A DNA stretch of 62,973 nucleotides from a virus (Duplodnaviria; Caudoviricetes): the IMG/VR virus record IMGVR_UViG_3300036761_000576, positions 1-62,973 of that record. One strand, given 5' to 3'. The notes under the pieces were generated by a model. It worked only from the letters and a program-made list of their open reading frames with translations, was not told the origin of the DNA and made no database searches. Made by a program: the position numbers and the translations under genes. This document shows positions 62,201-62,973 of this stretch, piece after piece. Within the stretch, counting starts at the first letter, position 1; each line of letters begins with the position of its first letter.

Positions 62201-62391
62201 GGCTTGTCCCACCCGATGCGTTTGCTCGCGCTAACATGATCGGATGTAGCCCGACGTTCGCTCATCACTTTGGCGTAGTAACTTCCTGTGTCCCCTTGGA
62301 ACATGGCGTCACCAACGGGAGCAAATCGCCAGCGTCGCAGCAGCGCTTCGTAGTCGGCCTCGTCAATCCATTTGCGTTCCGAGTCAGTCAT
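62197..62391 (-). CDS. Hypothetical protein
   Basis: WID...YE.LLRRWRFAP.G...FQG..G.Y...ASK.IGW. Confidence 0.7.
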   Translation of the reverse strand: MTDSERKWIDEADYEALLRRWRFAPVGDAMFQGDTGSYYAKVMSERRATSDHVSASKRIGWDKP

Positions 62392-62699
62392 CACTTCTCC
62401 TCCAACGCGGCCAGCTTGGCGTCGAATGTCGCAAATCCGCAAGTGTCCCAATGTTCTTTATCGGGGTTACGAAGCTTTCCGTTGTCACACATCGGGCAAT
62501 CCTTACCTTTCCGCATCGCCTTCGCCGCCTCGATCACATCCAGCAGTTGCAGGACGCGCTCGGGATGTGCCTCGTCGTGGAAGTCATCAAGGGCGTCCTG
62601 CCATATCTGCATCTTGACGGAGGACAATTTGCTGTGATCTGACGGTTCGTGAGTGATTGCCGCCCGCGCCAGCCGTTCGAGGTCGGTGATGGTCATCAT
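62391..62699 (-). CDS. Ead/Ea22-like protein
   Basis: LERLARAA...AHPERVLQLLDVIEA. Confidence 0.65.
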   Translation of the reverse strand: MMTITDLERLARAAITHEPSDHSKLSSVKMQIWQDALDDFHDEAHPERVLQLLDVIEAAKAMRKGKDCPMCDNGKLRNPDKEHWDTCGFATFDAKLAALEEK

Positions 62700-62908
62700 A
62701 ATTCCTTGATGATTTTGTCTGCTTCCGCGAGCATACGTTGGCGCTCGCCTTCGTCTAACCTGTCGCGCTCGGCTGCTCTACCGGCGAGCCATATCTCATA
62801 GTAAAAGTCCGATGACCTCGCGCCGGGACTGAACAGGGTTCCGGTCATTTTCTCGCACCATTCATTAAATTCTTTGCGTAACGCGAATACATCGTGGTCA
62901 GCGGTCAT
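62696..62908 (-). CDS. Hypothetical protein
   Basis: 70 aa, ATGA-coupled. Confidence 0.6.
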   Translation of the reverse strand: MTADHDVFALRKEFNEWCEKMTGTLFSPGARSSDFYYEIWLAGRAAERDRLDEGERQRMLAEADKIIKEL

Positions 62909-62973
62909 GGCTTGCTCCTTGCCGCGTCGATGGCGGCGTCAATGCGCCTGTCCATGTTGAATCCCTGACCGTG

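Overview
The window is an essentially complete (~62.9 kb) circularly permuted genome of a GC-rich temperate podophage. Its gene order resembles Bcep22/BPP-1-type phages, and the host is probably a betaproteobacterium (inference). The last 73 nt repeat positions 12-84. It has a lambda-like immunity switch (cro/cI with CAGCAnTGCTG operators at two promoters), a leftward replication/Q arm and a rightward recombination arm. A tyrosine integrase with a truncated C-terminus lies next to a tRNA-Leu-type attP and a parS-like palindrome. A long minus-strand late operon runs from terminase and an initiator-like tRNA through portal, an accessory structural block, scaffold, a CsrA-like gene, N4-gp56-type capsid, tail, lysis and ejection genes to a 4,680-aa polyvalent protein. 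The strongest novel signal is a lipoprotein translationally coupled to cI. It carries an ungapped 32-aa segment (17/32 identical, including KHGLSEG) matching the phage's own putative ejection protein, suggesting superinfection exclusion by mimicry. Other highlights are CsrA-type AGGA hairpins upstream of two structural genes, four tandem adaptor paralogues and a highly acidic repeat protein. All protein-family calls come from motif recognition by eye; no database searches were run.
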